The notes: generated by a model not told the origin, from the letters alone. 64,000 nt of DNA from an uncultured Phycisphaerales bacterium (GCA_963772725.1 CAVYYI010000002.1:160001-224000), one strand, 5' to 3'. Shown: positions 1-10,633, counted from the stretch's first letter. A program made the numbers and translations.

Positions 1-2
1 AG

Positions 3-728
3 CAAAATGATGTACTTGATAAATATGTTTCTCCCTCAGCATCCGAAATCCCTGCGCAATTCAAAGACCCGCAGGGTTACTGGACGGGTTTTGCCGCACG
101 CTGCAGGGTTCTGATATATAATACTAATCTATTAAAAAAAGAAGATTTGCCCAAATCCATTTTTGAACTTACCGATGTCAAATGGAAAGGCAAGGTTGCG
201 ATTGCATATCCATTATTTGGCACGACCGCCACTCATTGTGCAGCTCTATTTGCCCAGCTTGGCGAAGAGAAGGCAAAGGCATACTTTGAAGCCTTAAAAG
301 CTAATGGTGCTGTGCTAACCGATGGTAATGCCTCTGCACGCGACAGGGTTGCTGATGGTACGGTGCTGATAGCTTTTACCGATACCGATGATGCCTTTGT
401 TGCAATAAATCAGGGAAAACCAGCTGATATTGTATGGCCGGATAAGGAAGGTATCGGTACATTATTGATACCGAACACTGTGGCTTTAATAAAAGACGGC
501 CCTAACCCCGAAGCAGGCAGAAAGCTGATAGATTTTCTTTTAAGTCCAAAGGTTGAAGAGATGCTCGCACATTGTGAATCAGGCCAGATACCGCTACGAA
601 CTTCGATAAAGTGCCCACAGCACGTACCAACGCTTGATAAGATTAAGGCGATGGATGTTGATTATGAGAAGATAGTCGATATGATGAAAACATCGGATAG
701 TTTCCTGCAGAAGGTATTCGTAAGATAA
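3..728 (+). CDS. Fe3+/thiamine-type ABC transporter substrate-binding protein (5'-truncated by window edge)
   Basis: Frame is open from base 3 (QNDVLDKYVSPSASEIPAQFKDPQGYWTGFAARCRVLIYN...). AfuA/FutA-like motifs PLFGTTATH, TDTDDA and LLIPNTVALIK; followed by a permease. Confidence 0.85.
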   Translation, partial: QNDVLDKYVSPSASEIPAQFKDPQGYWTGFAARCRVLIYNTNLLKKEDLPKSIFELTDVKWKGKVAIAYPLFGTTATHCAALFAQLGEEKAKAYFEALKANGAVLTDGNASARDRVADGTVLIAFTDTDDAFVAINQGKPADIVWPDKEGIGTLLIPNTVALIKDGPNPEAGRKLIDFLLSPKVEEMLAHCESGQIPLRTSIKCPQHVPTLDKIKAMDVDYEKIVDMMKTSDSFLQKVFVR

Positions 729-744
729 TTGATGAAAAGAAACT

Positions 745-2347
745 ATGGATTTACGCAGACATCCACCAATATTGTATATTACCGCACTGGTCATATTCCT
801 GATTACTGCAATTTTGCCGCTTGGGTATATGCTCGGGCAGTTCCTTGTCAGCCTCATTCAAAAGCCATCGGACATAACAAATGTTCTGATTGATAGCAGG
901 CAATTAGTACTGCTTGGCAGAAGTTTTGGGATTGCGTTGTCAAGTGCGGCGGTAGCTTTTTTAATTGGTCTGCCTGTCGCGATTATTTTGGCTGCAAAAG
1001 ACCTGCCTTACAGAAGGCTGTTTTATTTCTTAGTATTGATACCTGTGCTGATACCGCCTTATGTGCTGGCGGGAGCATGGATTCATATGCTTAGTCCGAC
1101 AGGATGGATTAATACCACACTGGTTAATTTATTTGGACAATCGGCTAAGCTGACCGTTTTTTCAACGGCAGGCTGTGCATTGTTAATGGGAATCTCTTTT
1201 TTCCCCGTAATTGCCATAATTGTAGCGGCAGGACTATCCAGACTTGATAGTAATCTTACCGATATTGCACGCTTATATACCGGCAGGTGGTCTGTTTTTT
1301 GGTATTCGATAGTACCGCAAATTGTTCCGCATATCATAGCCTCGATATGTCTTGTGATGATATTTGTACTTGGTCAATATGGAGTGCCCCTCGCTTTTGG
1401 GGGTAAATACTTATCCTGTTGAGATTTTTGCACAGTTCAGTGCTTTTTATGATGAAAATAGTGCTGTTGCGATTTCATTGCCTATGGTTGTTTTGGTGAT
1501 TTTCCTAATTCTTTTACAGCGATGGGTAATGCGGGGTCTTGATTATGTCCGTATCAATCCTGACAGCGATTCGAAGAATCCGATAGTGCTTAATAAACAC
1601 AAGTATTATGGTATTATATTACTGATAATTATTTTTGTTGTGACAATATTATTTCCTTTTATAAGTGTGATGGCAAATATCGGGAGCTTTTCAAAAATAC
1701 TATCTACATTAAGTTCATTTGGCGATTGTCTGCTAACTACAAGTTTATTGGCATTAGGCGCTGCTGTTGTATCAACGGCAGTTGCTTTTACAATAGGATA
1801 TCGTCTGGCACACAATCACAACCGTCTTACAAGCATACTCGATATATTCTGCTGGCTTCCGATTGCCATACCGGGATCACTAATCGGATTAGGCTTAATC
1901 GGTTTGGCCGTCAAAATACCGAATCTTCAAAAAAATGATTCGTTTGGTTTTTTACTTCTTCTTGCATATATAGGAATGTTCACGGGCTTTTCGATTCGCG
2001 TCTTCCAGTCAGCCTATAAGAGGGCCGATCCAAATATTGACGAGGCCGCTGCGATGGAATGTCACCGCTGGTACCAGCGTTTACTTTATATAGATATGCC
2101 AATTCATTCAGGCGATATAGTTGTATCGATGATTATGGTTTTTGTGCTGGTGCTGGGAGAGTTAAATGCCACAGTTCTTTTGATTCCCCCCGGCAAAGCA
2201 ACCCTTTCGGTGTCTATAGACAATCTTCTGCATTACGGAGCTAATGCTGCGGCTTCTGCATTATGTCTGATAGAAGCAGGGCTTGTTATATTAGTTGTTA
2301 TATCTGGTTTATTTATGTGGTCTGTTTTCAAAAGAAATTTACGATGA
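745..2347 (+). CDS. Fe3+-type ABC transporter permease (two BPD_transp domains; 1-bp frameshift near 1385-1395)
   Basis: ORFs 745..1422 and 1364..2347 join at ...GQYGVP/SLLGVNTYP. Multiple TM helices, EAA-like motif and 'LGELNATVLLIPPG'. Confidence 0.85.
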
Positions 2348-2886
2348 GATATGCAAAACATATAATGGCAGTCTTTGTTCTGTCGGCTTCGGTGATAATC
2401 CTGTTGGTGTTCGGCAGATGTAACAGGGAATCTGTTCAATCACAGACGGCAGAGCATGTTTACGCCTCGTGGGATACTATGGAATTTGACAAATGTGTGG
2501 CTGTATGGCTGATTGTTCATTTTATTGATAAAGATGCTAAGTTCGTTTTTTATCCAGAAAGTACTGAGATAACTAAAGGTATTCCTTTTGATATACCGGG
2601 CGCAGACTGGTCCCGCAAACATCGTAAATGTACTTCACAATGTATTCTGGAGACGATTAAAAACGCAGACACGGCAGTTGAAGAAATAGTTTCCATTGCG
2701 AACAGGGTGGAGCTTAATTTCTGGCAGTTGGATCGCTGGCCAGATACGCAAAAGTGTTTTTACCAGGTAAAAGAGATTATGGACAAAAATACTGACCTGA
2801 TTGTCTGTTTTGAAAAAACCAATGTGTATTTTGATAGTCTGTATGCTGTTCTAAAATCCGGAGAAGTAAAAGATCCCAACAATTAA
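2344..2886 (+). CDS. ChrB C-terminal (chromate-resistance)-like domain protein with N-terminal hydrophobic anchor
   Basis: ATG at 2344 overlaps the permease stop (ATGA). 'FDKCVAVWLIVHFIDKDAKFVF...GIPFDIPG...KCT' matches the ChrB_C pattern DRxACxWLIxRFIDxxAxFxF...PFD..G..CT. Confidence 0.65.
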   Translation: MRYAKHIMAVFVLSASVIILLVFGRCNRESVQSQTAEHVYASWDTMEFDKCVAVWLIVHFIDKDAKFVFYPESTEITKGIPFDIPGADWSRKHRKCTSQCILETIKNADTAVEEIVSIANRVELNFWQLDRWPDTQKCFYQVKEIMDKNTDLIVCFEKTNVYFDSLYAVLKSGEVKDPNN

Positions 2887-2917
2887 ACCGTTATGATTAT
2901 TTTAAGAAAGGGAAAAT

Positions 2918-4096
2918 ATGGGAGTATCTTCGACAAGGAAAGTCATATCTGTTTTAATAATGCTTTTTATGTGTGATTCACTTTGGGCTCAGACAAATTA
3001 CTGCGACATACCGGATGTGGGTACGTTGAAGCCGGGCGGTGTAACGACGAATACGAGTATTATGCATATCTGGCAGGGTGCAGTCAATGGGACAGAAACA
3101 AAAAACTCAGACAGGATAACGGGATTATACGATTTTGACTTATATTATTTATTGACTTCAACTCCTTCGGATTCGAACATAGGCGATTATTTTATGCTCG
3201 CGGTATCAACACAGGCGGCTTTCGGGAATGGGGTAAGCGGAAGCAAGGTCGGAAGCTTTTTTGAATTAAATGAAAACGCCAAAGGAGACTATGCGTTTAT
3301 TATCGATAAGCTGTATTCCGAATTTACACTTGCAAACAGGATTCTCACCTTTGATGTTGGCAAAATAGATTTAGAGGATTTTTTCGATGGTTCGGCGGTG
3401 GCAGGATGCGAAAAAGGCCAGTTTCTGGCAAGACCGCTATTTAAAAATGGAGCTATTCCATTTCCGGGTAAGGGGCTGGGTGTAAGAGGTTTATACAAAC
3501 CAGGCGATTTTTGGTATTTTCAGGCTGCGGTTGCCGATGCCCATGGCGACAAGAGGGAAACAGGCTTCAATACTGCTTTTGGCGATGATGCTGATACATT
3601 CAGCATAGCCGAGATTGGAATTATGCCAAAATTGTTTAATATGCCGGGTACATACAGATTCATAATATGGTATGACCCACAGAGCAAATCTTACCTTAAC
3701 GGGAACGGACGGACTAAAGACGATGACTGTGGAGCCGCATTAAGTTTTGACCAGCAGATATCATCAAAAACAACATTATTTGCTCGATATGGTATAGCCG
3801 ACGAAAGTATTAATGAGGTTGAAGATTTTGTCAGTTTTGGAGGCCAAGTTAAAGGTTTGATTAATGGCCGTGATAATGATGTGTTCGCGGTTGGATATGC
3901 ACAGGGACTTAGAAGTACAGAAGGTCTTTCAGATGAACAGGCTCGCATTATTAATCTTATAGAGACTTATTATTCCATAGCGGTAAACAGGAACATAATA
4001 ATTACCCCCAGCATTCAATTTGTAATGGAACCGGGCGGATTGAAAGACCAGTCAGCCGCTACGGTCTTTGGTATAAGATGCAGGATAAAGTTTTAA
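2918..4096 (+). CDS. Carbohydrate-selective porin, OprB family
   Basis: Signal peptide, 'DVGKIDLEDFFD', 'IETYYSI...ITPSIQFVMEPGG' and a C-terminal Phe typical of beta-barrels. Confidence 0.8.
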   Translation: MGVSSTRKVISVLIMLFMCDSLWAQTNYCDIPDVGTLKPGGVTTNTSIMHIWQGAVNGTETKNSDRITGLYDFDLYYLLTSTPSDSNIGDYFMLAVSTQAAFGNGVSGSKVGSFFELNENAKGDYAFIIDKLYSEFTLANRILTFDVGKIDLEDFFDGSAVAGCEKGQFLARPLFKNGAIPFPGKGLGVRGLYKPGDFWYFQAAVADAHGDKRETGFNTAFGDDADTFSIAEIGIMPKLFNMPGTYRFIIWYDPQSKSYLNGNGRTKDDDCGAALSFDQQISSKTTLFARYGIADESINEVEDFVSFGGQVKGLINGRDNDVFAVGYAQGLRSTEGLSDEQARIINLIETYYSIAVNRNIIITPSIQFVMEPGGLKDQSAATVFGIRCRIKF

Positions 4097-4135
4097 AATG
4101 GTTTAAGCTTCAAGCAATTTACAGGAAATCTGTTT

Positions 4136-5245
4136 ATGGCAAGAGTTTTGCTACAAAATGTAACAAAGATTTACAATGATAAAATTAAGGCAGTAGATAA
4201 TGTTACCTTGGAGGTTAATGACCAGGAATTTATGGTTGTTGTTGGACCTTCTGGCTGCGGGAAGACGACTATTTTAAGGATGGTTGCAGGTCTTGAAGAT
4301 GTCACCGATGGCAAAATCTATATTGGTGAGGCAGCAGCGAATAATATTAAACCCAAAGACCGCGATGTCTCAATGGTTTTTCAGAATTACGCCTTGTATC
4401 CTCATATGACAGTTTTTCGGAATATGGCCTTCGGGCTTAAATTGCTCAAATATCCCAAATCAGAAATTGAAAAACGTGTTTTGGAAGCTGCAAAACTTTT
4501 GGAAATAGAAAACCTGCTTGACCGGATGCCGCAAGCCCTTTCAGGCGGTCAGAGACAGAGAGTGGCTGTTGGTAGGGCTATCGTTAGAAATCCCAAGGTT
4601 TTTTTATTTGATGAGCCTTTAAGTAATCTTGATACGATTCTTAGAATAACTACAAGAACAGAATTAAAACTCCTGCACAAAAGGCTAAAAACAACCACCA
4701 TATATGTCACGCATGATCAGTCTGAGGCAATGACTATGGGAGATAGAATCTGTGTTTTATCCAAAGGTGTTATCCAACAAATCGGCTCACCTCTGGAAGT
4801 CTATAACCGGCCGGCAAATAGATTTGTTGCCAGTTTTTTTGGAGCTTCGCCGATGAATTTGTTAAATGGCAGGATTCAGATGAAAGATAGTAGAAGCCAT
4901 TTTACGATTCTCGGAGGAGAACTGCTTTTACCCTCACGTCTTCAGACCATTGCTGCCTCATACAGAGATAAAGAAATGGTATTGGGTATTCGACCCGAAT
5001 CACTTTCACTGACACCTACTGGCTCAATAAATAATAATAGCGTAAGGATTAAAGTTGTTGCTATTGAACCATTGGGAGATAGTATGGATATTTGTATGAC
5101 CTTAGCAAATAGCTCTCGAATTGTTGCTAACATCGAATCGAATATAGGAATAAATGCAGAAGAATATGTAACGGCGTATATCGATATGGAAAAGGTCCAT
5201 ATTTTTGAAAAAGGCAATGGTGGAAGAAATATACTATTTTCATAA
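4136..5245 (+). CDS. ABC transporter ATP-binding protein, MalK/UgpC type
   Basis: Walker A GPSGCGKTT, LSGGQRQR signature, LFDEPLSNLD, YVTHDQ and TOBE tail. Confidence 0.95.
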   Translation: MARVLLQNVTKIYNDKIKAVDNVTLEVNDQEFMVVVGPSGCGKTTILRMVAGLEDVTDGKIYIGEAAANNIKPKDRDVSMVFQNYALYPHMTVFRNMAFGLKLLKYPKSEIEKRVLEAAKLLEIENLLDRMPQALSGGQRQRVAVGRAIVRNPKVFLFDEPLSNLDTILRITTRTELKLLHKRLKTTTIYVTHDQSEAMTMGDRICVLSKGVIQQIGSPLEVYNRPANRFVASFFGASPMNLLNGRIQMKDSRSHFTILGGELLLPSRLQTIAASYRDKEMVLGIRPESLSLTPTGSINNNSVRIKVVAIEPLGDSMDICMTLANSSRIVANIESNIGINAEEYVTAYIDMEKVHIFEKGNGGRNILFS

Positions 5246-5505
5246 CATATACGGTGTAAACAACTGGAATCATTATGAAAATAGAACATAAACAGAATTG
5301 CTAAGCCAGTTTATATCTGCTACAATATTCCTGTTATAAAGGCAACCTGTTTTAGGTGCCCTTAAAGTTGCTCTAAAAATAAGTATCAAGACAGTAAAAA
5401 ACCGTGTTGAGACAGTAAAGAAACGAGAGACTCTAAATCTTTGTTTTTACTAGAGTTAAATGCTAAATACAGATTTTTAACGAGTTTACAAAAAGAGGGC
5501 AGATT

Positions 5506-5522
5506 GAATCCCGCCCTCTCCG
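5506..5522 (+). other. 3'-end fragment of tRNA-Ser (putative att site of an upstream island)
   Basis: GAAT-CCCGC-CCTCTCC-G corresponds to T-loop end, T-stem 3' strand, Ser-type acceptor strand and discriminator G; no 5' half. Direct repeats AGACAGTAAA at 5389 and 5410. Confidence 0.5.
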
Positions 5523-5650
5523 TTTTGATGGCCCGACAGCTGTCAAATGATCAGCGACAATTATTCTTACCTTCCGGCGACAGTTAAAAGTTCCGGATGA
5601 ATTAAAGTTGGAATATGCTATCTGAAACTCATTAAGTCAGGAGATTTCAG

Positions 5651-7137
5651 ATGGTTAAAGACAAACAGGTAAGGAGATTGTTCGCTATGAAAAACAAATG
5701 CAAGACCTTATATCAGCTTGCAGACAAGGCTGGTATAAGCACTAAAACCGCCCGCAAGTATTTAAAAACGGGCGTGCTGCCCAGCCAATGCCAAGCTATC
5801 CACGACTGGCCCACCCATCCGGATGCCTTTGCAGGGGATTGGCCATGGGTTGAAGAATTCCTCAAAAACAACTCCGGTCTTGAATCTAAATCGCTTTTTG
5901 AGGCTCTGCAGCGTGAATATCCCGGTAAATACCAGGACAGCGAATTAAGAACCTTCCAGAGACGAGTAAAACAATGGAAAGCCTTGTCCGGTCCGGCTCA
6001 GGAAGTGTTTTTTCCACAAATCTATAAACCCGGCCAATGGTGCGAATCAGACTTTACCAGGATGAATAAGCTGGGTATCACCATTTGCGGCATACCTTTT
6101 ATTCACATGCTGTACCATTTTGTATTGTGTTTGTCGAACTGGGAAACCGTCACGGTATGTTTTTCAGAAAGCTATGAAAGTTTAAGTGCCGGTATTCAAA
6201 ATGCCCTCTGGAAGTTAGGCGGCATACCACGCTATCATAGGACTGATAATTTAACCTGTGCGGTTAACAAGGTAGGCAATCCTGAGGAATTCACGGCTAA
6301 CTATCAGGGTCTTGCGAATCATTATGGTTTCCAAAGCTGTAAAATCCAGCCTCACTGTCCGAATGAAAACGGCGATATAGAGCAGCGTCATCACAGGTTA
6401 AAGAGAGCTGTTGAACAGGCGTTAATCCTTAGAGGAAGCAGAGATTTTAACAGCAGGAAAGATTATGAAATGTTTCTTGAAAAGCTGCTCGACCAACTCA
6501 ATACCGGCCGCACAAAACTCTTGGCCGAAGAGTTAAAGGTTCTGCGGCAATTGCCAACCCGCAGGCATGAAGATTTCACCAGGGATAAATGCAGGGTAAG
6601 TCGTGGCTGCACGGTCCGAGTTCTTAAGAACAGCTATTCTGTTCACAGCAGGCTTAGGGGAGAAAATGTTGACGTTCGAATATATGCCGAACATATCGAA
6701 GTCTGGTATGCTCAAAGAAGAATTGAAGTATTGCCCAGATTACACGGTGAAAACGGTCATTACATCAATTACCGCCACGTTATAGATACCCTTGTTCGCA
6801 AACCCGGGGCGTTTGAGAACTATTGCTATAAAGATGATATGTTTCCCACAAGTCAGTTCAGGATCGCATATGATCTCCTGCGTGATCAACATGGGATGAA
6901 GCAGGGTAATAAGCAGTATCTGAAAATTCTTGAATTACTGCCAACGAAAGCCAGACATCTGTCAATGAAGCTTTGCGGTTCCTGATCAACCATGCAGATG
7001 CGATTGATTTTGATATGGTAGAACAAATAGTCAAATCCGAACAACAGCCGCCGGATGTCACTGACGTTTGTGTTGGCGATATTGATCTGAACAGTTATGA
7101 CTGTCTACTTGAATCGGCGGAGGCACTACTGGTATGA
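5651..7137 (+). CDS. istA: IS21 transposase IstA (1-bp deletion near 6937 relative to copies 2 and 3)
   Basis: Identical to the intact copies except GAATTACTG vs GAATTAGCTG; DDE/rve core. Confidence 0.9.
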
Positions 7138-7898
7138 GTAAAAATGATCTGGATAATCAGCTTGTAAACCTTCTCAAAGAACTTCACCTGCCGATGTTCC
7201 GTGAATATTACGCCGAGTTCGCTCAGAAGGCTATCGCCGAAGATATGGGTTATTCACAATATCTATTGGAATTGGCTCAGCGTGAGTGTGATGTTCGCAG
7301 AGCCAATAAAATCGCAAGGCTGGTAAAAGCCTCAAAGCTTCCTATGGAAAAGACCATGGCAAACTTTGATTTTAAACGTATGCCGTTGAAGATACGTCAG
7401 CAGGTCAAAATTCTTTTGGAAGGTTCATTTGTTGACAGAACAGAGAATATTCTTGCATTTGGCAAACCCGGCAGCGGTAAGACACATTTACTGTGTGGTA
7501 TCTGTCATGAACTTGCCCGGCAGGGAAAAAAGGTTTACTTTACTACGTGTGATATGATGTTGCAGGAGTTATTACGAGCCAAGCAGGAGTTGAAGCTGGA
7601 CAAATGGCTCAAGAAGCTGTCACAGTACGAGGCATTGATGATAGATGACTTCGGCTATGTCAAACAGAACCGCGAGGAGATGGAGGTGCTGTTTACCTTA
7701 TTAGCTCATTGTTATGAACGTGGCAGCGTGTTGATTACCAGCAATCTGCCGTTCAGTAAATGGGAAGTCATCTTTAAGGATCCGATGACCACTGCAGCAG
7801 CGATCGACCGGCTGGTACATCATAGTGTGATCCTTGAATTGAATGTACCGAGCTACCGAGCTGAGGAAGCTCAGAGACGGAAAAATAAGGACACGTAA
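7134..7898 (+). CDS. istB: IS21 helper ATPase IstB
   Basis: GKPGSGKTH, LMIDDFGY, ITSNLPFSKW and AAIDRLVHHS motifs. Confidence 0.95.
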   Translation: MSKNDLDNQLVNLLKELHLPMFREYYAEFAQKAIAEDMGYSQYLLELAQRECDVRRANKIARLVKASKLPMEKTMANFDFKRMPLKIRQQVKILLEGSFVDRTENILAFGKPGSGKTHLLCGICHELARQGKKVYFTTCDMMLQELLRAKQELKLDKWLKKLSQYEALMIDDFGYVKQNREEMEVLFTLLAHCYERGSVLITSNLPFSKWEVIFKDPMTTAAAIDRLVHHSVILELNVPSYRAEEAQRRKNKDT

Positions 7899-8233
7899 TG
7901 TCCGAAATTTTGCCCCCCATGGGGGGCACCTCCTAAAGGCTATAAGCTAAGGTAAGTGTTATGAAGTAACGGTAAAAATAACTGTCGTTGAAGGGAAATT
8001 ATAATTGACGCCGGACAGTCAAACAAAAAAAGCTGTTTTAGCTTGAATATTGTTTCGACGCAGGCACCCATCTGTCAAAGGCTCTTTTTTTCATCATTAT
8101 CAAGAAAAACGGCGGCGATGTTTTCTCCAATTTCGGTTGTTTTTTCCAAGAACATCTGACTGTCGTATTCGCAAATACACCCGAAAACATATCTAACCAT
8201 AGCATAATCCGCCGTGCCGGATTTCGTGCTATT

Positions 8234-9304
8234 TTAGACATTGAATCTGAAATTAATTACATCGCCGTCTTTGACGATATAATCTTTTCCCTCAAGCCGT
8301 GTTTTGCCGGCAGCTTTAACAGCCTTTTCATTTCCGAACTGTTTGAGGTCGGTAAACGCTATGGTTTCAGCGCGTATAAAACCGCGTTTAATGTCACTGT
8401 GGATTTTTCCGGCAGCGTCAAGTGCGGTAGTCCCCTGCTTAATGGGCCAGGCTCGTACTTCATCTTCGCCACTGGTGAGGAAACTTATCAGCCCGAGCGC
8501 CGAATAGCAACTGTTTACAAATTTGCTCACGGCGGATTCGGAAATCCCCAGGTCGGCCATAAAATCCTTTTTGCTTGCGGCATCGAGCTGTGACAATTCA
8601 TATTCGAGGTTTGCGCAGATTTCGATTACAGGGACGGTTTTATCGAACAAGCCGCTGAAATCGAATTTTTTGCCCAACTGGTTTTCACCGACATTTACGG
8701 CGATAACGACGGGTTTAAAAGTCAAAAAAGCGAGGGACTTAATCGTCTCGCGGTCAGCTTCACTCTGTACGGCTGAACTAATCGGTTTTCCGGACTCAAT
8801 CGCTTCCTGAAGCCTTTTCTGGAGGGCCAGCTCAAGTTTATCCTGAGACTGGGTTTTTGTAGGCTTATTGGCCTGTTTCTCGAGGTTTTCAATGCGGGTT
8901 GTCACGAGTTCCAAATCAGCCAGAAGCAATTCGGTTTTGAGTTCATCCAAATCTCTGGAAGGATTGATGGTATCGCGGTAAATCGGCACGGCTGTATTTT
9001 CAAAGGCACGAACAACCAATACGAGTAAATCGACGGTTCGTATCTGGTTGATATTACGACGTGCAGCCGTTCGGCCGTGTTCATCTGAAAAATTAAAGCC
9101 TGGCAAATCAAGGCAGTCTATTGTGCCGGTGGTAGTCTTTTTGGGCTTGTAGAGTTCGGTAAGCCAATTAAGGCGCTCATCGGGGACAGGCACTACGGCA
9201 TCTTCGATTGCGGCAACGCCAGCATGATGCGAGGCTTTTCCGCTGATAGCCGATAGAATCGTACTTTTACCGGATTGAGGCAAACCAATTAACGCTGCTT
9301 TCAT
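8234..9304 (-). CDS. ychF: Redox-regulated ribosome-binding ATPase YchF
   Basis: GLPQSGKST, VPVPDERL, AAGKIHSDIKRGFIRAE and RLEGKDYIVKDGDVINFRFNV. Confidence 0.95.
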   Translation of the reverse strand: MKAALIGLPQSGKSTILSAISGKASHHAGVAAIEDAVVPVPDERLNWLTELYKPKKTTTGTIDCLDLPGFNFSDEHGRTAARRNINQIRTVDLLVLVVRAFENTAVPIYRDTINPSRDLDELKTELLLADLELVTTRIENLEKQANKPTKTQSQDKLELALQKRLQEAIESGKPISSAVQSEADRETIKSLAFLTFKPVVIAVNVGENQLGKKFDFSGLFDKTVPVIEICANLEYELSQLDAASKKDFMADLGISESAVSKFVNSCYSALGLISFLTSGEDEVRAWPIKQGTTALDAAGKIHSDIKRGFIRAETIAFTDLKQFGNEKAVKAAGKTRLEGKDYIVKDGDVINFRFNV

Positions 9305-9306
9305 TT

Positions 9307-9723
9307 TTAAACCTTTCCGTTATTAGTTCGTGGTTCGTAGTTGGTAGATGCGGTTTTGTGTTCCAAAGAATATTTCAGGCCGCTTAGCATTTTAGATATC
9401 TCAACAAGATGCTCTTTACACTCCACAAATATTTCTTCTGTGATATAGTTTTGTTTCACTGAAATCTGCAATATCGCTGCAAACTCATTGACATAGCCTC
9501 GCGCCATATCTAAAAATCTGCAAAAATCCTTTTTGGTTCTTGCGGTTCCTTCGGCGATATTCAATGAAATCGATACTGAAGCTCTACGTAATTGGCCGGT
9601 TAAGCCAAATATTTCATTATGCGGAAACTTTCTGGTCAATAGATAAACCTTATTAGCAAATTCAATAGCTCTCTGATAAACCATCAGGTCTTCAAACTTG
9701 AATTTTACCTGTTTTGTACTCAT
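9307..9723 (-). CDS. Four-helix-bundle protein (23S rRNA IVP / bAvd-like family)
   Basis: FEDLMVYQ...FPHNEIFGLTGQLRRASVSISLNIAEG...FLDMARG motif. Confidence 0.9.
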   Translation of the reverse strand: MSTKQVKFKFEDLMVYQRAIEFANKVYLLTRKFPHNEIFGLTGQLRRASVSISLNIAEGTARTKKDFCRFLDMARGYVNEFAAILQISVKQNYITEEIFVECKEHLVEISKMLSGLKYSLEHKTASTNYEPRTNNGKV

Positions 9724-9767
9724 TCTTTTTTCCCATCTACGAACTAAAAACTACGAACTAAGAACTA
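9323..9767. repeat. Inverted arrays of ~7-bp repeats (unit GAACTAM) bracketing the four-helix-bundle gene
   Basis: Reverse complement of 9323-9350 is CATCTAC CAACTAC GAACCAC GAACTAA; 9734-9767 reads CATCTAC GAACTAA AAACTAC GAACTAA GAACTA (24/28 match). Confidence 0.8.
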
Positions 9768-10291
9768 TATATGCTTTTCCCATAGGCATCATAGGCAACA
9801 ATCGCGGGAAAATCTGCCACCTGCAGTTTTCGTATTGCCTCGGTGCCTAAATCATCATAGGCGACTACCTCAGATGAAACAATATGCTTACTAAGAAGCG
9901 CCCCTGCCCCGCCGAGAGTCGATAAATGTACCGCGCCGTATTTTCGCAATGCCTGACGAACCTCTTCACTTCGATACCCTTTGCCAATCATCGCTTTAAG
10001 GCCGTTAGCGATGAGTTTGGGACTAAATGAGTCCATCCGTGACGAAGTTGTTGGCCCCGCTGCGCCGATTATCTGCCCTGGCATAGCGGGCGTCGGACCG
10101 CAAAAGTATATGATTGCGCCTTTAAGGTCAAAAGGCGGTTTTTCACCGGCATCTAACGCACGGCATAGTCTCTGATGCGCCATATCACGGGCGGTATAAA
10201 TAATTCCTGTAACGGCCACCTCATCGCCGGCTTTTAACGAACGAATATCTTCGTCACTCAGAGGCGGTATCAATTTTTTAATTTTTTCCAT
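9758..10291 (-). CDS. Fumarate hydratase class I / tartrate dehydratase beta subunit
   Basis: YTARDMAH, GPTTSSRMD, MIGKG, GGAGALL and DLGTEAI motifs. Confidence 0.92.
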   Translation of the reverse strand: MEKIKKLIPPLSDEDIRSLKAGDEVAVTGIIYTARDMAHQRLCRALDAGEKPPFDLKGAIIYFCGPTPAMPGQIIGAAGPTTSSRMDSFSPKLIANGLKAMIGKGYRSEEVRQALRKYGAVHLSTLGGAGALLSKHIVSSEVVAYDDLGTEAIRKLQVADFPAIVAYDAYGKSIYSS

Positions 10292-10389
10292 ATTTGAGGT
10301 ATTGTACCATTGTTGCGATAACTTTGCTAATCGAAAAAACTAAAAACGCGGACGAAGTGAGATAACCCCGAGTTTTAACATCTAAAAGC

Positions 10390-10531
10390 TTAGTCAGCGG
10401 CTTTCTGAATCGCCTCACCTCCCTTTTCTATATCCTTACCCGCCCCTTTTATGGTATTACATCCGCAAGTGCCTCATAGAGATACCGACTAATATAAATA
10501 TTATAAAGATTAATTTTATTATTTTTGTCAT
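10390..10531 (-). CDS. Entericidin EcnA/B-family small lipoprotein (1-bp frameshift; absent from ORF track)
   Basis: RBS GGAGG, then MTKIIKLIFIIFILVGISM, and in the shifted frame GCNTIKGAGKDIEKGGEAIQKAAD*, the entericidin signature CNTxxGxGxDI. Confidence 0.75.
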
Positions 10532-10633
10532 ATGCGCCTCCCTTAAGAAAACCATAAGCGTTCAGGCAGCCTTTTCAACATGGCCACCTGAACGCTCAAA
10601 AAATTAACATCTTGTCGTTTTTACTCAATGTTT

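Larger units (their letters stand above)
5548..8017 (+). mobile_element. IS21-family element, copy 1
   Basis: TG...CA ends (TGATCAGCGACAATTAT / ATAATTGACGCCGGACA), istA+istB, and a 6-bp target duplication GTCAAA (5542-5547, 8018-8023). Confidence 0.95.

Noticed and set aside
7911..7928. Perfect palindrome TGCCCCCCATGGGGGGCA
   Set aside because: Internal to IS21 and present in all three copies; not an independent element.
8038..8241. 67-aa ORF downstream of ychF
   Set aside because: No recognisable motif or RBS; insufficient support.
9307..9723. Diversity-generating retroelement suggested by the Avd-like gene
   Set aside because: No reverse transcriptase and no TR/VR pair with adenine-specific mismatches in the window.
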